Positions 1 to 15,303 are shown, counted from the first letter of the stretch. The stretch is 32,000 nucleotides of DNA from Corynebacterium amycolatum (GCF_049243625.1 NZ_CP046975.1), one strand, 5' to 3'. Translations and numbers: made by a program. Notes: generated by a model from the letters alone, not told the origin.

Positions 1-3443
<3,443 letters not shown>

Positions 3444-3797
3444 AAAAACCCTTCAAATCAGAAGAATCACAAAACAATGAAAGGCCCAAAAACCTGACAA
3501 AAACAAAACAAACAACCACCACACACCACAACAAGTGCGCGGCCTGGCCGTTATCCAAAAAACGTTCCCTCTCCCGAACCGACGAGGCCAAAAGAAAAAG
3601 GAACAAAACCATGATCTTTCCCACAAATGAAAAAACCACGCGAAAAGCACCCAAACAAGGCGCCGCCACGCAATCCATCACCCGCAAGCACAAAAGGACC
3701 CAAAACAAACAAAGGCCCCGGCACCCACCAGCAACACACACGCAAACGACAACCAAACAAGCACTTTCCCAAAAAAGTATTAGTTAGTACATCGGCA

Positions 3798-3820
3798 CAC
3801 TATTGAGTTCTCACACAACA
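3798..3820 (-). promoter_or_regulatory. boxA-like conserved pre-rRNA motif in rRNA leader (TGTTGTGTGAGAACTCAATAGTG on the transcript)
   Basis: It is a near-identical copy of the ITS motif at 1618-1640. It lies about 55-75 nt downstream of the candidate promoter and about 355 nt upstream of the 16S 5' end. Confidence 0.6.
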
Positions 3821-3880
3821 CACACCCACAAAACAACCACCACAACCAAGCAGCAGCCACCCCGCGAGCAGCGAGAGAAA

Positions 3881-3910
3881 ACATTAACAAACAATTAACC
3901 AGAAAGTCAA
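3881..3910 (-). promoter_or_regulatory. Candidate rRNA operon promoter (-35 TTGACT, 18-nt spacer, -10 TAATGT)
   Basis: The minus strand reads TTGACT (3910..3905), then 18 nt, then TAATGT (3886..3881). It is correctly placed upstream of the boxA-like motif. This is a sequence match only; further upstream promoters may exist. Confidence 0.4.
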
Positions 3911-4304
3911 ACCAACGACTCCCAGCGGCTAACCGCACGAAAACATTTCCCCCACATCAGCCAACCAAACACATAAACTGCCTGGCCGCGCTGACCTCCG
4001 AATACATTACACACACCCCACCTAAAGACACAAAACCCCAGGTAGATTGATGCGTACTAGCGTTTTGCCTGTGCAGTAGAGCGATTCACCAAGGACCGGA
4101 AGCCCCCTCCCCTTAACGAAAGCCGATAGCTTTCGCTCATCACTACCACCTTGGCTCCGGTTTCTACGCTCCCCTAAAACAACCAAAGCTCCGGACTGAC
4201 CAGGAGTCAATGATTCTGAAATCATCATTCTCCTAGCTTGCCCGGAGCCTTAGCCCAGCTACCTAAAAAGAATCAAGCCGCATAAACGCCGATTGATCTA
4301 GAGG

Positions 4305-4345
4305 CCAACAACGCACCTACACGGAGACCAACCAGCACCTACACG
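4305..4345. repeat. Direct repeat spanning the tyrS stop codon (ccaac..gcacctacacg x2)
   Basis: Copy 1 is at 4305-4323 and copy 2 at 4328-4345. They share a perfect 11-mer, gcacctacacg, plus the flanking ccaac. Copy 2 contains the tyrS TAG (cta at 4339-4341). Confidence 0.7.
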
Positions 4346-5643
4346 AACTTCACACCAGCGAAGTTCTTCTTACCGCGGCGCAGCACAATCCACTTGCCAT
4401 GCAGCAGATCCTCGGCAGCTGGTTCCCACGCTTCGTCCTCGATGCGCTGGTTATTGGCGTAGGCGCCACCTTCCTTAATGGTGCGGCGTGCTTCGCCCTT
4501 CGACTTAGCAAGACCCGCAGCAACCAGGAGGTCAACGACCGTTCGCGGTTCACCCTCGGCAATCTCCGCAACCTCGGTCTCAGAGACAGCACCTACCAGA
4601 GTGGCCTCGTCCAGCTCAGTCAGCTCAGCGCGTCCAAACAGCGCCTGCGCTGCTAGCTCCACTGCCTTGGTGGCCTCTTCGCCGTGAACCAGATTGGTCA
4701 TCTCCTGAGCAAGGCGGCGCTGCGCTTCACGCTTGAACGGACGCTCCGCAACAGCGACCTCGTACTCCGCAATTTCCTCCTGAGTCAGGAAGGTGAACCA
4801 ACGCAGGTAGTCAATAACAACCGAGTCACCAGCGTTGAGGAAGTACTGGTACCAGGAGTACGGCGAGGTCTTCTCAGCATCCAGCCACAACTTGCCGCCA
4901 CCGGTGGACTTACCGAACTTCTGCCCCTGCGCATCAGTCACCAGCGGCACGGTCAGGCCGTGCACCTTAGCGCCGTCGATACGCCTGTTCAAATCGACAC
5001 CAGAGACGATGTTGCCCCACTGATCGCCGCCGCCAATCTGCAGCACACAATCGTAGTTGCGGCGCAGCTGCACATAGTCGTTGGACTGCAGCAGCATGTA
5101 GGAAAACTCGGTGTAAGAGATGCCGTCGGACTCGAGGCGGCGCTTGACGGTGTCGCGGTCGAGCATGGTGTTGAGGGAGAAGTTCTTGCCCACATCGCGA
5201 AGGAAGTCAATGACGGACATATTCATAGTCCAGTCCGCATTATTGACCATCGTCGCCGGGGCCTCGCCCTCAAAGTCAATAAAACGACGCAGCTGGCCCT
5301 TGATGGCCTCCAGGTTGTGCTCAATGGCGTCCTGGCTGAGCATCGAACGCTCACCGACATCACGCGGATCGCCGATGAAGCCCGTAGCACCGCCTGCCAG
5401 TGCAATTGGGTGGTGACCGGCCAGCTGGAAACGACGCAACATAATCATCGGAACCAGGTGGCCCGCGTGCAGCGAATCGCCCGTTGGGTCAAAACCGCAA
5501 TACAGAGTAATCGGGTTTTCGCACGCCTCGCGCAGCGCGTCAACATCGGTGGACTGATTAATCAGGCCACGCCACTGTAGTTCGTCGATAATGTTCTGTT
5601 CAGTCACGTCCTCCATCGTAACGTTTCGCTTGCCGACGTTCAC
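4339..5643 (-). CDS. tyrS: Tyrosine--tRNA ligase
   Basis: The 434-aa ORF carries a class I HIGH motif (LHAGHL) and a KMSKS variant (KFGKS), with a C-terminal S4-like domain. The start is uncertain: GTG at 5643 or ATG at 5616 ([18 protein letters not shown]...). Confidence 0.95.
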   Translation of the reverse strand: MNVGKRNVTMEDVTEQNIIDELQWRGLINQSTDVDALREACENPITLYCGFDPTGDSLHAGHLVPMIMLRRFQLAGHHPIALAGGATGFIGDPRDVGERSMLSQDAIEHNLEAIKGQLRRFIDFEGEAPATMVNNADWTMNMSVIDFLRDVGKNFSLNTMLDRDTVKRRLESDGISYTEFSYMLLQSNDYVQLRRNYDCVLQIGGGDQWGNIVSGVDLNRRIDGAKVHGLTVPLVTDAQGQKFGKSTGGGKLWLDAEKTSPYSWYQYFLNAGDSVVIDYLRWFTFLTQEEIAEYEVAVAERPFKREAQRRLAQEMTNLVHGEEATKAVELAAQALFGRAELTELDEATLVGAVSETEVAEIAEGEPRTVVDLLVAAGLAKSKGEARRTIKEGGAYANNQRIEDEAWEPAAEDLLHGKWIVLRRGKKNFAGVKFV

Positions 5644-5655
5644 CGCGAGGGTGAC

Positions 5656-6306
5656 CTAGAACTCCTCAACCGCCTTCTTGTGGCGCCGATAGGCTGAGAC
5701 TGAATCGTCCGGCAGCCACAGCCGCCACGGCCTATTCGCAGCTCGGCGAACGCCCACGCGCGGGCCTGCGTGGATGTCGCTAACTAAATCGGCGGTCTCC
5801 GGCTGCGCCACAAACACGCGTGACGACGGATCCAGCGCATCTGCCCCATAGTCGCTTAGGTCAAGGCCAAGCGCCTGACCAACATTGCCCGGACCACGTC
5901 CGAGACCCGCAACCGCAGGCTTTTCACCACGGCGACGTCGCACCGCATCCATACCCTGCTCAATGCGAACGGAACGGACTAATACTCCCCCGCCCGTGCC
6001 GTCCGTAGCGCTAGTGATGTTGGCACAAAAGTGGATGCCATAGGAGCGGTAGATATACCAATGCCCCGCCGGGCCAAACATGGCGCGATTGCGTTCGGTC
6101 GGCCCCATAAAGCAGTGCGCTGCCGGGTCGGGATAGCGCTGGTCAGCTGGACCGCCGTAGGCCTCGACCTCGGTGATGGTGGCGGTGACATCCTCAGCGG
6201 GGATGACAATTACGCACCCGAGCAGCGTCCGCGCAGCCTCGATAGGAGCTCCCGACAGCATAGTGCGGTCGAGGACGCTGTAGCCGTCGGGAAGCGGGAA
6301 AGGCAA
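5656..6306 (-). CDS. mpg: DNA-3-methyladenine glycosylase (AAG/Mpg family)
   Basis: The 216-aa ORF has the family hallmarks TEVEAYGG...DPAAH and YIYRSYGIHFCANI. Its TTG start at 6306 immediately follows the stop of the upstream small ORF. Confidence 0.9.
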   Translation of the reverse strand: MPFPLPDGYSVLDRTMLSGAPIEAARTLLGCVIVIPAEDVTATITEVEAYGGPADQRYPDPAAHCFMGPTERNRAMFGPAGHWYIYRSYGIHFCANITSATDGTGGGVLVRSVRIEQGMDAVRRRRGEKPAVAGLGRGPGNVGQALGLDLSDYGADALDPSSRVFVAQPETADLVSDIHAGPRVGVRRAANRPWRLWLPDDSVSAYRRHKKAVEEF

Positions 6307-6480
6307 TTATTTGTCCCAGGTGATAGCTTCGTCAGAAAGCATGACCGGAATGCCGTCGTCGATGCGGTAGGCGATTTTCAGACGGGGGTTGACCAGCACC
6401 TGCTCGTCTTCGAGGTATTCAAGCGGCCCCTTGTCACGCGGGCAAGCGAGGATATCAAGGAGTTTCGGATCAAGGCTCAT
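6307..6480 (-). CDS. Trm112-family small protein (57 aa), not in the supplied ORF track
   Basis: My translation runs from ATG at 6480 to TAA at 6309..6307: MSLDPKLLDILACPRDKGPLEYLEDEQVLVNPRLKIAYRIDDGIPVMLSDEAITWDK. The LACPxxKGxL...GIPVML pattern is typical of Trm112/UPF0434. It has GC3-rich codons and an AAGG about 9 nt upstream. Confidence 0.8.
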   Translation of the reverse strand: MSLDPKLLDILACPRDKGPLEYLEDEQVLVNPRLKIAYRIDDGIPVMLSDEAITWDK

Positions 6481-6536
6481 AGTCCACTACCTTACCGAAC
6501 TGAATTGCCAGGGTGTCACGATGGCTGTCCGAACAC

Positions 6537-8021
<1,485 letters not shown>

Positions 8022-9221
8022 TTACAGGTTGAAGTCGCGCTTTGCGGCCATCTTCGAGGACAGGCCGTGCAGCTCGACAAAACCGCGAGCCAGGGTCTGG
8101 TCGAAGGTGTCGCCCTCGTCGTAGGTAGCCAGGTTGAAGTCGTACAGCGAGGTGTTCGAACGGCGACCGTTGACGTTGCAGTGACCAGCGTGCATGACCA
8201 TGCGGATATCACCGGAAACGCCCTTCTGGGACTCCTCGATGAAGGCATCCAGCGCGCGCTTCAGCGGCGAGAACCACAGGCCGTCGTAGACCAGGTTGGC
8301 CCACTCGCCTTCGACCTGGCGCTTGTAACGAGCCAGCTCACGCTCAACGGTGACGTCCTCGAGCGCTGCGTGTGCGGCCATGATGGCAATTGCGCCCGGA
8401 GCCTCGTAGATCTCGCGGGACTTAATGCCGACCAGTCGGTCTTCAACCATGTCCAGACGACCGATGCCCTGAGCACCAGCGCGGCGGTTCATCTCTTCGA
8501 TGGCCTCGAGCACGGAAACCTTCTTGCCGTCGATGGCAGTCGGCTTACCATCCTCGAAGGAGATGATGACCTCATCCGGAGAGTTGAAGTTCAGGGTCGG
8601 ATCCTCGGTGTACGCGTAGACATCCTTGGTCGGTGCGTTCCACAGGTCCTCCAGGTAGCCGGTCTCAATGGCGCGACCGAACAGGTTCTGGTCAATGGAG
8701 AACGGCGACGACTTGGACTGCTCAATCGGCAGACCCTTTTCCTCAGCGAAGGCGATGGCCTTATCGCGGGTCCACGCGAAGTCACGAGCCGGAGCGATGA
8801 TCTTCAGATCCGGTGCGGTGTTGGCGAAACCGACCTCGAAACGGACCTGGTCATTGCCCTTACCGGTGCAACCGTGAGCAACGTGGGTGCCACCGAACTC
8901 CTCTGCCGCCTTCGCCATGTGCTTAACAATCAGCGGGCGAGACAGTGCAGAAACCAGCGGGTACTGCTTCATGTAGAGACCATTTGCCTTAATGGTCGGC
9001 AGGCAGTACTCCTCGGCGAACTCGTCCTTAGCGTCGACAACGACAGCTTCGACAGCGCCGGCGTCCAGAGCGCGCTGACGCACGGACTCCATGTCCTCGC
9101 CGCCCTGTCCGACATCGATAGAAACTGCGACGACCTCGCCGTCGGTCATTTCCTTGAGGTACGGAATAGCAACGGTGGTATCGAGGCCACCAGAGTAAGC
9201 AAGAATAACCCGGTTGGTCAT
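8022..9221 (-). CDS. argG: Argininosuccinate synthase
   Basis: The 399-aa ORF has the ATP-binding motif AYSGGLDTT and conserved [13 protein letters not shown]. An AAGGAG SD lies at 9238..9233. Confidence 0.96.
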   Translation of the reverse strand: MTNRVILAYSGGLDTTVAIPYLKEMTDGEVVAVSIDVGQGGEDMESVRQRALDAGAVEAVVVDAKDEFAEEYCLPTIKANGLYMKQYPLVSALSRPLIVKHMAKAAEEFGGTHVAHGCTGKGNDQVRFEVGFANTAPDLKIIAPARDFAWTRDKAIAFAEEKGLPIEQSKSSPFSIDQNLFGRAIETGYLEDLWNAPTKDVYAYTEDPTLNFNSPDEVIISFEDGKPTAIDGKKVSVLEAIEEMNRRAGAQGIGRLDMVEDRLVGIKSREIYEAPGAIAIMAAHAALEDVTVERELARYKRQVEGEWANLVYDGLWFSPLKRALDAFIEESQKGVSGDIRMVMHAGHCNVNGRRSNTSLYDFNLATYDEGDTFDQTLARGFVELHGLSSKMAAKRDFNL

Positions 9222-9270
9222 AGGGTAAGCGCTCCTTTAATCGGTGCTTTAAAGCATTTCGTGAAATAGT

Positions 9271-9753
9271 TTACTGGTTCGTTCCGGCGGCTAGACGCTG
9301 GGCTAGGTCAGCGCCGGAAAGTGGTTCTCTAGCCAGGCACATTACGGTGTCATCTCCCGCAATTGTGCCAACGATTTCTTTGAGTCCCGCACGGTCAATC
9401 ACACTGGCTAGATACTGTGCGGCTCCCGGTGGTGTACGCACAACCGCGATGGTGCCCGAATGATCAATGGAGACCAGCAGCTCGTCTAAAACGCGCCGCA
9501 TCCTGGCCACCGCCCCGCTGGAGACAGCGAGTGCATCTTCGACGATGGAATAACGCGAACCGTTGACTCCATCGCGAATCTTTCGGGCGCCCAGCTCATC
9601 GAGGTCTCTAGACAACGTCGCCTGCGCAATCTCAATGCCTTCGTCGGCAAGCAGCTCGACGAGCTGAACCTGACTGGACACGTGATGCTGCGCCAACAGG
9701 TCAGCGATGCGCGTCTGCCGAGCTGTGCGAGAACCTGGTTGTGCTGCGGTCAT
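9271..9753 (-). CDS. argR: Arginine repressor
   Basis: The 160-aa ORF has an N-terminal winged-helix (RQTRIADLL...SQVQLVELL...[12 protein letters not shown]) and a C-terminal oligomerisation/arginine-binding domain (GTIAGDDTV). It is embedded in the arg operon as in Corynebacterium and Mycobacterium. Confidence 0.93.
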   Translation of the reverse strand: MTAAQPGSRTARQTRIADLLAQHHVSSQVQLVELLADEGIEIAQATLSRDLDELGARKIRDGVNGSRYSIVEDALAVSSGAVARMRRVLDELLVSIDHSGTIAVVRTPPGAAQYLASVIDRAGLKEIVGTIAGDDTVMCLAREPLSGADLAQRLAAGTNQ

Positions 9754-9757
9754 GACC

Positions 9758-10705
<948 letters not shown>

Positions 10706-11911
10706 CTAATTCCTTCCATTGTTGGCGACAGCCTCGGCGGCGTCGTTCAGGCAGGCATCAATCAACTCGACGGCGCGGTTGATTTCCTCATCACTGAGGT
10801 TCAGCGGCGGCACAATTCGCAGCACATTCGCCTGCGGCGCGTTCAGAATGACACCGCGCTCATAACCGACGTTAACTGCTTCCTTCGCCAGGTTCTCGCA
10901 CAGCACCAGCCCAAGCATGAAGCCGCGACCGCGCACGTGATCAACATGGTTTAACGACGCAAGCTTGCGAGCCAGGACTTTGCCCTTCTCGGTGACTCGA
11001 TCGAGCAGCTTTTCTTCTTCCAGCGTCTCGATGACGGCCAGGCCGGCAGCGGCACAGACCGGGTTGCCACCAAAAGTGGTGCCGTGTGCACCGGGAGTGA
11101 ACAGTTCCGCTGCGCGACCGTTGGCGATGACAGCACCCAGCGGCAGGCCGCCGCCGAGGCCCTTGGCCAGGGTCATGACATCCGGGACGATGCCGTCATG
11201 CTGGTGGGCAAACCACTGTCCGGTACGGCCAATGCCGGTCTGCACTTCGTCGACGATCATGAGGACGTCGAAGCGCTTGGTCAGTTCGCGGACCTCGGCG
11301 AGGTATCCCTCTGGCGGTGCGACCACACCGGTCTCACCCTGAATTGGTTCCAGAATCACCGCTGCGACACCCAACGGATCGGATTCGATGGTCTTGGTGA
11401 GGAAATCGATGTCACCGTAGGGCACGAACTCGACTCCACCCGGCATCGGCTCAAACGGCGTGCGCTTGTCCGGCTGACCGGTCATGGCAAGTGCTCCCAT
11501 GGTGCGGCCGTGGAACCCGTGATGGGTCGCGATAATACGGTTGCGCCCCGTCAAACGCGCCAGCTTGAATGCAGCCTCATTGGCCTCGGTACCGGAATTG
11601 CAGAACATAACCCGGGTGTCATCAGTGTCCCAACCAGTGAGCTCAATGAGCTTCTCGCCCAGTGCCAGTGGTGGCTCAGAGGCGAAGATGTTGGACACGT
11701 GCCCCATCGTGGAAATCTGCTTGGACACGGCTTCCACGATCGCCGGATGCGCGTGACCCAACGCGTTGACTGCAATACCGGCGAGCAGGTCCAGGTATTC
11801 CTTGCCCTCGGAATCCGTGACAATAGCGCCCTTACCCTGCACAAGCTCAATGCGCGGCGTGCCGTAATTGTTCATCATCGTGTGTTGCCACTGCTGCTTG
11901 AAGTCGCTCAT
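10706..11911 (-). CDS. argD: Acetylornithine aminotransferase
   Basis: The 401-aa ORF is a class-III PLP aminotransferase ([32 protein letters not shown] with the PLP lysine). Confidence 0.94.
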   Translation of the reverse strand: MSDFKQQWQHTMMNNYGTPRIELVQGKGAIVTDSEGKEYLDLLAGIAVNALGHAHPAIVEAVSKQISTMGHVSNIFASEPPLALGEKLIELTGWDTDDTRVMFCNSGTEANEAAFKLARLTGRNRIIATHHGFHGRTMGALAMTGQPDKRTPFEPMPGGVEFVPYGDIDFLTKTIESDPLGVAAVILEPIQGETGVVAPPEGYLAEVRELTKRFDVLMIVDEVQTGIGRTGQWFAHQHDGIVPDVMTLAKGLGGGLPLGAVIANGRAAELFTPGAHGTTFGGNPVCAAAGLAVIETLEEEKLLDRVTEKGKVLARKLASLNHVDHVRGRGFMLGLVLCENLAKEAVNVGYERGVILNAPQANVLRIVPPLNLSDEEINRAVELIDACLNDAAEAVANNGRN

Positions 11912-11969
11912 GTCGTCTTTCGACCTGCCTAACGTGTGTGTAGGTAAATTCTTGTCCGTCTTTTCTGCC

Positions 11970-12863
11970 TTATCCGGGCTCTACCATTGTGCCGATACCG
12001 CCGGAAGTCATCAGCTCCAGCAGCACCGAGTGTGGCTGGCGGCCATCGATAACGTGAGCCGCTGGCACTCCCTGATCCACTGCATTCAGGCAGGACTCCA
12101 TCTTCGGAATCATGCCCGAGTCCAGCGTCGGAAGGATTTCTCGCAGGTGCGAAGTGGAAATCTTGGACACCAGCGAATCGCGGTTCGGCCAATCCGTGTA
12201 GAGACCCTCGACATTAGTCAGAATCACCAGACGGTTCGCGTTAATTGCCGATGCCAGTGCACCTGCTGCCGTGTCGGCGTTGATGTTGTAGACCTCTTTG
12301 CCGTCAGCGGACGGCGCAATCGTGGAGACCACCGGAATACGGCCGGCATCAATCAGGTCCAATAGCGTTTCCGAGTGCACCTCGGTGATATTGCCAACCA
12401 GCCCGATATCTGTCTCCTTGCCACCGACGTTTACCGTGCGTCGAGTACCGGTGAACAGGCCACCGTCCTCACCAGAGGTACCTACCGCATACGGCCCGTA
12501 GGCGTTAATGAGGTTCACTAGTTCGCGGCCGACCTGCCCGAAGAGAACCATGCGGACAATTTCCATGACCTCCGGAGTCGTGACACGGAAACCGCCTCGG
12601 AACTCTCCCTCCAGCCCCAGGCGCTTGAGCATCGACGAAATCTGGGGGCCACCGCCATGGACAACCACCGGCTTCACCCCCACGGTGCGCAGGAAAACCA
12701 TGTCCTGCGCGAAGGCCTTCTTCAGTTTCAGGTCGGTCATCGCGTTACCGCCGTACTTGACCACCACAATCTTGTCACGGTGGTGCTGCAGCCACGGCAG
12801 GGCTTCCGCCAGCACATGTGCCCGCTGTTCGAAGGACAGCCCTTCGGTCAACTGGTGAACCAT
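11970..12863 (-). CDS. argB: Acetylglutamate kinase
   Basis: The 297-aa ORF has the amino-acid kinase motifs VVKYGGNAM and VVHGGGPQI. Confidence 0.95.
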   Translation of the reverse strand: MVHQLTEGLSFEQRAHVLAEALPWLQHHRDKIVVVKYGGNAMTDLKLKKAFAQDMVFLRTVGVKPVVVHGGGPQISSMLKRLGLEGEFRGGFRVTTPEVMEIVRMVLFGQVGRELVNLINAYGPYAVGTSGEDGGLFTGTRRTVNVGGKETDIGLVGNITEVHSETLLDLIDAGRIPVVSTIAPSADGKEVYNINADTAAGALASAINANRLVILTNVEGLYTDWPNRDSLVSKISTSHLREILPTLDSGMIPKMESCLNAVDQGVPAAHVIDGRQPHSVLLELMTSGGIGTMVEPG

Positions 12864-12884
12864 TGCAGAGTCTCCTCAAAACCG

Positions 12885-14093
12885 TTACGACGAATATGCC
12901 GAGTTGATGTGAACGTAATCGTGGGAAAGGTCCGTCGTACGAATCGTGGCCTCTTCCGGATTACCAGTACCGAGGTCAACCTCAACGGCGATGTCCTTGC
13001 CGGAGAGATCCACTTCACGAGCATCAGGCGTGCCACCGGTATCGCGACAGACTACGTGACCATTGAAGGAAACCGTGATGTGCTCGGGATCCATATCCAC
13101 CGGCGCGGTACCGACAGCCGCCAACACACGACCCCAGTTCGGGTCCGAACCGAACATCGCACACTTGAAGAGGTTGTCGCGGCCGATAATGCGAGCAGCT
13201 ACCAGGGCATCTTCAGCGCCACCGGTGCCACGCACGGTCACGGACACACGTTTGGTCACGCCTTCGGCGTCCGACTGCATCTGGCGTGCGATGGAATCAC
13301 ACACGCTGAGCACTGCCTGATCGAGCTCCTCCTGCGAGGGCTTCACGCCAGAGGCACCGTTGGCCAAAATGATGACGGTGTCATTGGTGGAGGTGGAGCC
13401 ATCAATATCTAGGCGGTTAAACGTAACCTCGCTCGCCTTGGCAATAGCCTCGTGCGCCATTTCTGCGCTTACCGACGCATCCGTCGTAATCACACCGAGC
13501 ATCGTGGCCATCGACGGGCTAATCATGCCAACGCCCTTGCCCATAGCACCGACAGTGAATCCGTCACCATGCGCAACGGCCTGCTTTGCCACCAAGTCAG
13601 TGGTCAAGATGGCCTCTGCTGCAGCCGTACCTGCGGCGGTATCGCCGCCCAGTTTCTCAATCAGCTTCGGCACACCTGCCAGCACAATGTCCATCGGCAA
13701 CCGGTCACCAATCAAGCCGGTGGAACAGGCGCCAATCTCGGTAACGTCGACGCCGAGCCCATCTGCGACCTTTTGGCAGACTTCGAGGGCGTCGGCAATA
13801 CCCGGCTGACCATTGCAGGCGTTGGCATTGCCGGAGTTCAGCACCACTGCCGACAGCTTGCCGTCAGCGATGTGCTTCTTGGATACCGTCACCGGCGCAG
13901 CCTGGACACGGTTGGTGGTAAAGACAGCCGCCGCGGTCTTCTCCGGCCCCTGGTTTACGATGAGCGCCATGTCCGGGTTTCCGCTGACCTTGATGCCTGC
14001 AATGACACCGCTGGCCGCGAACCCCTGAGGTGCACATACGCCGCCTTCGTCACCAGCGACGTTGACGAGACCTTCTTTTTCTTCCTTCATCAT
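12885..14093 (-). CDS. argJ: Bifunctional glutamate N-acetyltransferase / amino-acid acetyltransferase
   Basis: The 402-aa ORF has an ATML autoprocessing site ([14 protein letters not shown]). Its start overlaps the argC stop (ATGATGA at 14090-14096 region). Confidence 0.95.
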   Translation of the reverse strand: MMKEEKEGLVNVAGDEGGVCAPQGFAASGVIAGIKVSGNPDMALIVNQGPEKTAAAVFTTNRVQAAPVTVSKKHIADGKLSAVVLNSGNANACNGQPGIADALEVCQKVADGLGVDVTEIGACSTGLIGDRLPMDIVLAGVPKLIEKLGGDTAAGTAAAEAILTTDLVAKQAVAHGDGFTVGAMGKGVGMISPSMATMLGVITTDASVSAEMAHEAIAKASEVTFNRLDIDGSTSTNDTVIILANGASGVKPSQEELDQAVLSVCDSIARQMQSDAEGVTKRVSVTVRGTGGAEDALVAARIIGRDNLFKCAMFGSDPNWGRVLAAVGTAPVDMDPEHITVSFNGHVVCRDTGGTPDAREVDLSGKDIAVEVDLGTGNPEEATIRTTDLSHDYVHINSAYSS

Positions 14094-15139
14094 GGGGCAA
14101 CTCCTACCAGTGGAAGTCCTGCAGTTTCATTCTGTCCAGTAACCAAATTCATGCACTGAACTGCGGCACCACCGGTGCCCTTTGTCAGATTGTCAATCGC
14201 CGAGGTCAGCACCAGGCGCTTGGCTCGTTCATCTACCTCGACCTGAATCTGAACCAAGTTAGAGCCAATTACCGACTGTGTCTGCGGCAGCAGCCCTTCG
14301 GCCAACACCTGCACAAACGGCTCATCCTTGTAGAACTCGAGGTAGGCTTCCCGTGCGGCTGCCTCCGTAACCCCGTCGACAAGCGGGGCGGTAATAGTGG
14401 TGAGAATGCCGCGCGACGTCGGGGCGAGTACGGGCGTGAAGCTGACGGTGAGATCCTCTGCGTACGGCTTGAGGTTCTGCAGGAACTCTGCGGTGTGGCG
14501 GTGCTTGCCCGCAGTGTTGTAGGCGCGGAGATTGCCCATAACCTCGGACCCGAGCAGGGGCACAGCCGCCTTCTTGCCCGCACCGGAGGTACCGGTGATG
14601 GAAACAACGGACAGGTCCGGCTCAACCAGGTTCTTTGCAACTGCCGGCAGCGCCGTAATTGTACCCCCAGTGGGGAAACAACCCGGCACAGCAATGCGCT
14701 TCGAAGCAGCCACTACTTCCCTGTTGCCCGGCAGCTCTGGAATACCGTAAGCCCAGGTACCGGCATGCTCCGAGCCGTAGTAGTGCTCCCACTCAGCGGC
14801 ATCCTGCAGGCGGAAATCCGCGCCGCAGTCAATAATTACCGTGTCATCCCCCAACTGCTCTGCAATCGCAGCCGAATGACCGTGGGGCAGCCCGAGGAAC
14901 ACCACGTCATGTCCAGCGAGTGTGTCACCATTAGTCGGCTCAATACGGCGGTCAGCCAAAGGTGCCACATGAGGCATAATGTCGCCCACACGAGCACCCG
15001 CGTTGGATGCTCCCGTCAGTGCGCCGATGGTTAGTTCGCCGGAAAGATACGCCGGGTGCGACAACAGGATGCGGAGAATCTCTCCTCCTGCGTAACCGGT
15101 CGCACCGGCAATGGCAACGGAAATACTCATGTCAAACAT
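14090..15139 (-). CDS. argC: N-acetyl-gamma-glutamyl-phosphate reductase
   Basis: The ORF has an NAD(P)-binding GATGYAGGE motif and an active-site PGCFPT. The true start is probably ATG at 15130 ([13 protein letters not shown]..., 346 aa) rather than 15139. Confidence 0.95.
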   Translation of the reverse strand: MFDMSISVAIAGATGYAGGEILRILLSHPAYLSGELTIGALTGASNAGARVGDIMPHVAPLADRRIEPTNGDTLAGHDVVFLGLPHGHSAAIAEQLGDDTVIIDCGADFRLQDAAEWEHYYGSEHAGTWAYGIPELPGNREVVAASKRIAVPGCFPTGGTITALPAVAKNLVEPDLSVVSITGTSGAGKKAAVPLLGSEVMGNLRAYNTAGKHRHTAEFLQNLKPYAEDLTVSFTPVLAPTSRGILTTITAPLVDGVTEAAAREAYLEFYKDEPFVQVLAEGLLPQTQSVIGSNLVQIQVEVDERAKRLVLTSAIDNLTKGTGGAAVQCMNLVTGQNETAGLPLVGVAP

Positions 15140-15240
15140 TCAACACTTTTATTCACTGTGTTGCAAGATATTCATAGAATTCGTTGTCAAAGTGCTGGAA
15201 TTCTACCAATGTGACGTGAGTGATTTATGAATATAACGCC
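15138..15240 (-). promoter_or_regulatory. argC promoter/operator region (extended -10 TGGTAGAAT; multiple TGAAT half-sites, candidate ArgR operator)
   Basis: This is an AT-rich island. The minus strand has TGgTAGAAT (15208..15200) and a perfect TTGACA (15190..15185). TGAAT half-sites sit at 15174..15170, 15155..15151 and 15142..15138, with an inverted one at 15228-15232. An AATTCtaTGAAT junction looks like abutting ARG boxes. Confidence 0.5.
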
Positions 15241-15273
15241 GTCGTCGGTACATACACTTCGTTCAACCAGCAC

Positions 15274-15303
15274 GCCGGACTATTCAACGCCGGACCATTC
15301 AAC
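15274..15303. repeat. Perfectly adjacent 15-bp tandem duplication spanning the protease stop codon
   Basis: The two copies are gccggactattcaac (15274-15288) and gccggaccattcaac (15289-15303), identical in 14 of 15 positions. On the coding strand this reads GTTGAATGGTCCGGC then GTTGAATAGTCCGGC, so the single difference is TGG to TAG. Confidence 0.9.

Noticed and set aside
4100-4115. The C-run gccccctcccc was considered as a 6C-type sRNA loop or, on the other strand, a G-quadruplex.
   Set aside because: There is only one long run and no second C-rich loop in a hairpin context. There are fewer than four adequate G-tracts. The location does not match what I recall for 6C RNA.
4022-4228. A 68-aa minus-strand ORF lies between tyrS and the rRNA leader, with AGGAGA directly abutting its ATG.
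   Set aside because: It is rich in rare codons (TCA, TTA, AGA, AGT, CTA, GTA). The SD has zero spacing. The region is better explained as 3' UTR or rrn upstream regulatory DNA.
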